A model generated the notes under the pieces. That model was not told the origin of the DNA. It worked only from the letters and a program-made list of their open reading frames with translations, and did no database searches. A stretch of 57,979 bases of DNA, filler included, from Platydemus manokwari (Eukaryota), in assembly GCA_037951405.1 (NCBI GenBank). It is 5 parts of 5 records of this genome, joined end to end, with 100 filler letters (N's around TTAATTAATTAA, not from the genome) between each part and the next. Parts side by side here need not be neighbours in the genome. Positions count along the whole stretch, not along the records: positions 47,072 to 57,979 come from JBBMOY011068854.1; 4 more parts are not named here. One strand, given 5' to 3'. Position numbers and translations under genes: made by a program. Shown here in pieces: positions 55,641 to 57,979 of the stretch. Position 1 is the first letter of the stretch. Each line of letters starts with the position of its first letter.

Positions 55641-57019
55641 GTGAGTATTTCGATATTTGAGTGTTGAGAATAAATAATTATCGATTATATCATATATGAG
55701 AGAGATGTGCTAATATGAAACCAAAATGCAATTACAACGGACCTTATGTCGGAATGGTGACAGGAAATTTGAATGAAACAGCTGTGAGCCCGGTCTCATG
55801 ATGGACTGGCCGTTGGTATTTTTGATGTGTCCGTCATCTAACAGTTCTTATAAAATTAAAATATATTTGAAGCCTGCCACCATATTTATTATATATTATT
55901 ATCAAAATGATAATATTATTGGTTTATTAATTAATATTTCTAATAAATATTATGATTACTTGCTGTCTAAATATGATAATATTGGTGAACCTCTGTTTTA
56001 GTAATTGATTTCCAAACTCGTGTGGAAATTTTCGAAAATTGGACGATTTTAAAAACATAAAATAATTAAATAAAATTTTATTGATTAATTTGTGTTACAT
56101 TTATAAAATGGTCGAGAGAATTTTTTAAAGTGTCTTTCTTCTTTTCTTGTTAAGGAGCTCTTTAACTCATCTTGACTTTTCCCCTTGCTCGTTGTATCGT
56201 ATAAAATAGACCATCAGAACCAACCTACACTTGTTTTTATTAATGAGTTTTTAGTGAATGGGAGAAATAGATAAGGTGGTGAGTGAGGTTTTTTCCTGAA
56301 CTTCATGTTAGAAAAGACGTAGGTGGGCTAATAATTATTGATTCCATCACAACTATTATGAAATTATAATGTTTGCGATACAATATTCATAAAATCCGAG
56401 ATATTAACTTGATGACACTCCTCAATATAAATAATTTTGTTAATGTTTATAATGTGTGATGTGATTTATAGCGCCAAATTGGCGCAGTATATATTTATCT
56501 GCAAATCTTCACAGATATCGCATTATATTTAACTGTGATCAACATAATATATAATGGTGAATGTAATGAATAGCGAAGAAAATATTATGAAAACTACGTT
56601 TTTAAATAAATAAATTATGGCAAATTATCCTACATCGATATATTTATTTCACTCTGGCTATCTAAATGTAATTCTCTACATCTCAGATATGCGAAATATG
56701 CCTCATTAATCCAATGAACTGCCAATTCGGATGTGGACACCCTTTTTGTAAAGATTGTGCTAATCGAGTTAGTATCTGCCCGAAGTGCCGACAACCCAAA
56801 ACAACAATAATCCCGCTATTTCTGTAAACGATTATCGCATTTCTTTATTGTCTTGGTCTTTATTATTGAAAATATATTGATGTGGAGTTTTTTAATAATT
56901 TATTATGGAATAAAGTTTTTGTTTTTCATCGGTAGAACAACTTTTAGTTTATATTTATCTGTATTTTTATGATTTATGTTTTATAAACGATCTCATCGTT
57001 ATACGAATTAATAAATAGG

Positions 57020-57979
57020 GGGGTTTTATCAAGTTCAGCAAATATTTATTGATGAAGATCATACTCTCGACGAAAGAGGGGCAATACTGTTTTACACGGT
57101 GGCGTTTGGGATCGCAGCAGCACCAGGAACATTTCAAGAATTGATGACAAAAATATTATGGGATATGAGAGAAAAAGGAGCCTTGATATATTTGGACGGC
57201 ATATTAATATTCTCAAAAACAATAAAAGAACAGTATGAAATACTGGAAGAAGTAATAAAAAGAATAGGAAATGCAGGACTGCGTATTAATCCAGAACAAT
57301 GTAAAATATTGAGAAAAGAAATTAAGTTAAACGGGTCATATCATAAATGAAGAAAGTATTAAGACAGACCCAATTAAGATTGAAATAATTAAAAAAATTT
57401 GAAAGACTAAAATGTATAAAAAAGCTTTCTTGGAATTTGTGGATCTTACAGGAGATTTAAAGAAGAATATTCATAAAAATCAAGAGCATTGGAAGAATTG
57501 TGTGGTAAAAATAATGAAAAACTCATTTGGAATGAAGAATGCACTAACGCATTCGAAAATATGAAAATAGCGCTGACTGAAGCACCGATCTTGTCATTCC
57601 CTGATTATTACAAGGAGTTCATCCTAGATATCGATACAAGTTTCGGCACAATAGGAGCAGAATTATCGCAAATAGATAACCAAGGAAATGAACGAGTCAT
57701 TGCGTACGGATCTCAAGCAAACATGAGAAAGGATATTGTATCACAAGGAAGGAATTACTAGCGATATATTAATTCTGTCAGCATTACGACCACTATTTGT
57801 ACGGGAAAGGATTCAGACTAAGAACTGATCATAGGGCAATCACATTCATGGTGAAGACAAATAACTCCACAATTCTAAACATGCCTAAATTATCTAAGTA
57901 TTCTGGATATAAACATGATCTTCAGAAAAGGAGCTAATCATGGAAATGCAGACATGCTTTCAAGGAATACCTGTACGAC
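57020..57979 (+). mobile_element. Ty3/Gypsy LTR retrotransposon pol pseudogene (RT and RNase H), truncated by window end
   Basis: STKEGQYCFTRVAFGIAAAPGTFQ, IYLDGILIFS (YLDD mutated), GLRINPEQC, LTEAPILSFPD, FILDIDTS...IGAELSQ, VIAYGS, YLYGKGFRLRTDH and HGNADMLSR, with several frameshifts and stops. Confidence 0.9.

Overview
AT-rich eukaryotic genomic DNA with spliceosomal genes and many 42-60 nt introns. The gene style suggests a flatworm such as a planarian, but this is an inference. The window is not one contiguous locus: four identical 100-bp N44-TTAATTAATTAA-N44 spacers join five contigs (1-9073, 9174-18740, 18841-27458, 27559-46971, 47072-57979). Genes: the 3' half of an SLC20/PiT phosphate transporter (-), the first coding exon of a plexin-like Sema-domain protein (+), PPP1R42/LRRC67 (+, partial), a complete SLC25A19 thiamine-pyrophosphate carrier (-), a Roundabout (Robo) receptor (+, partial) and a multi-exon ankyrin-repeat gene (+, partial). 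Decayed mariner, hAT (Buster/Charlie), Gypsy and probable LINE/Penelope remnants are also present. The most notable unannotated structure is a family of ~470-575 bp non-coding LTR elements (TRIM-like). They have ~140-170 bp TG...CA LTRs, a tRNA-type primer-binding site, a polypurine tract and near-perfect 5-bp target-site duplications, and occur as full copies, solo LTRs and one self-nested copy. A second repeated family is a ~600 bp TIR-bounded MITE. All alignments and motif calls were made by eye.
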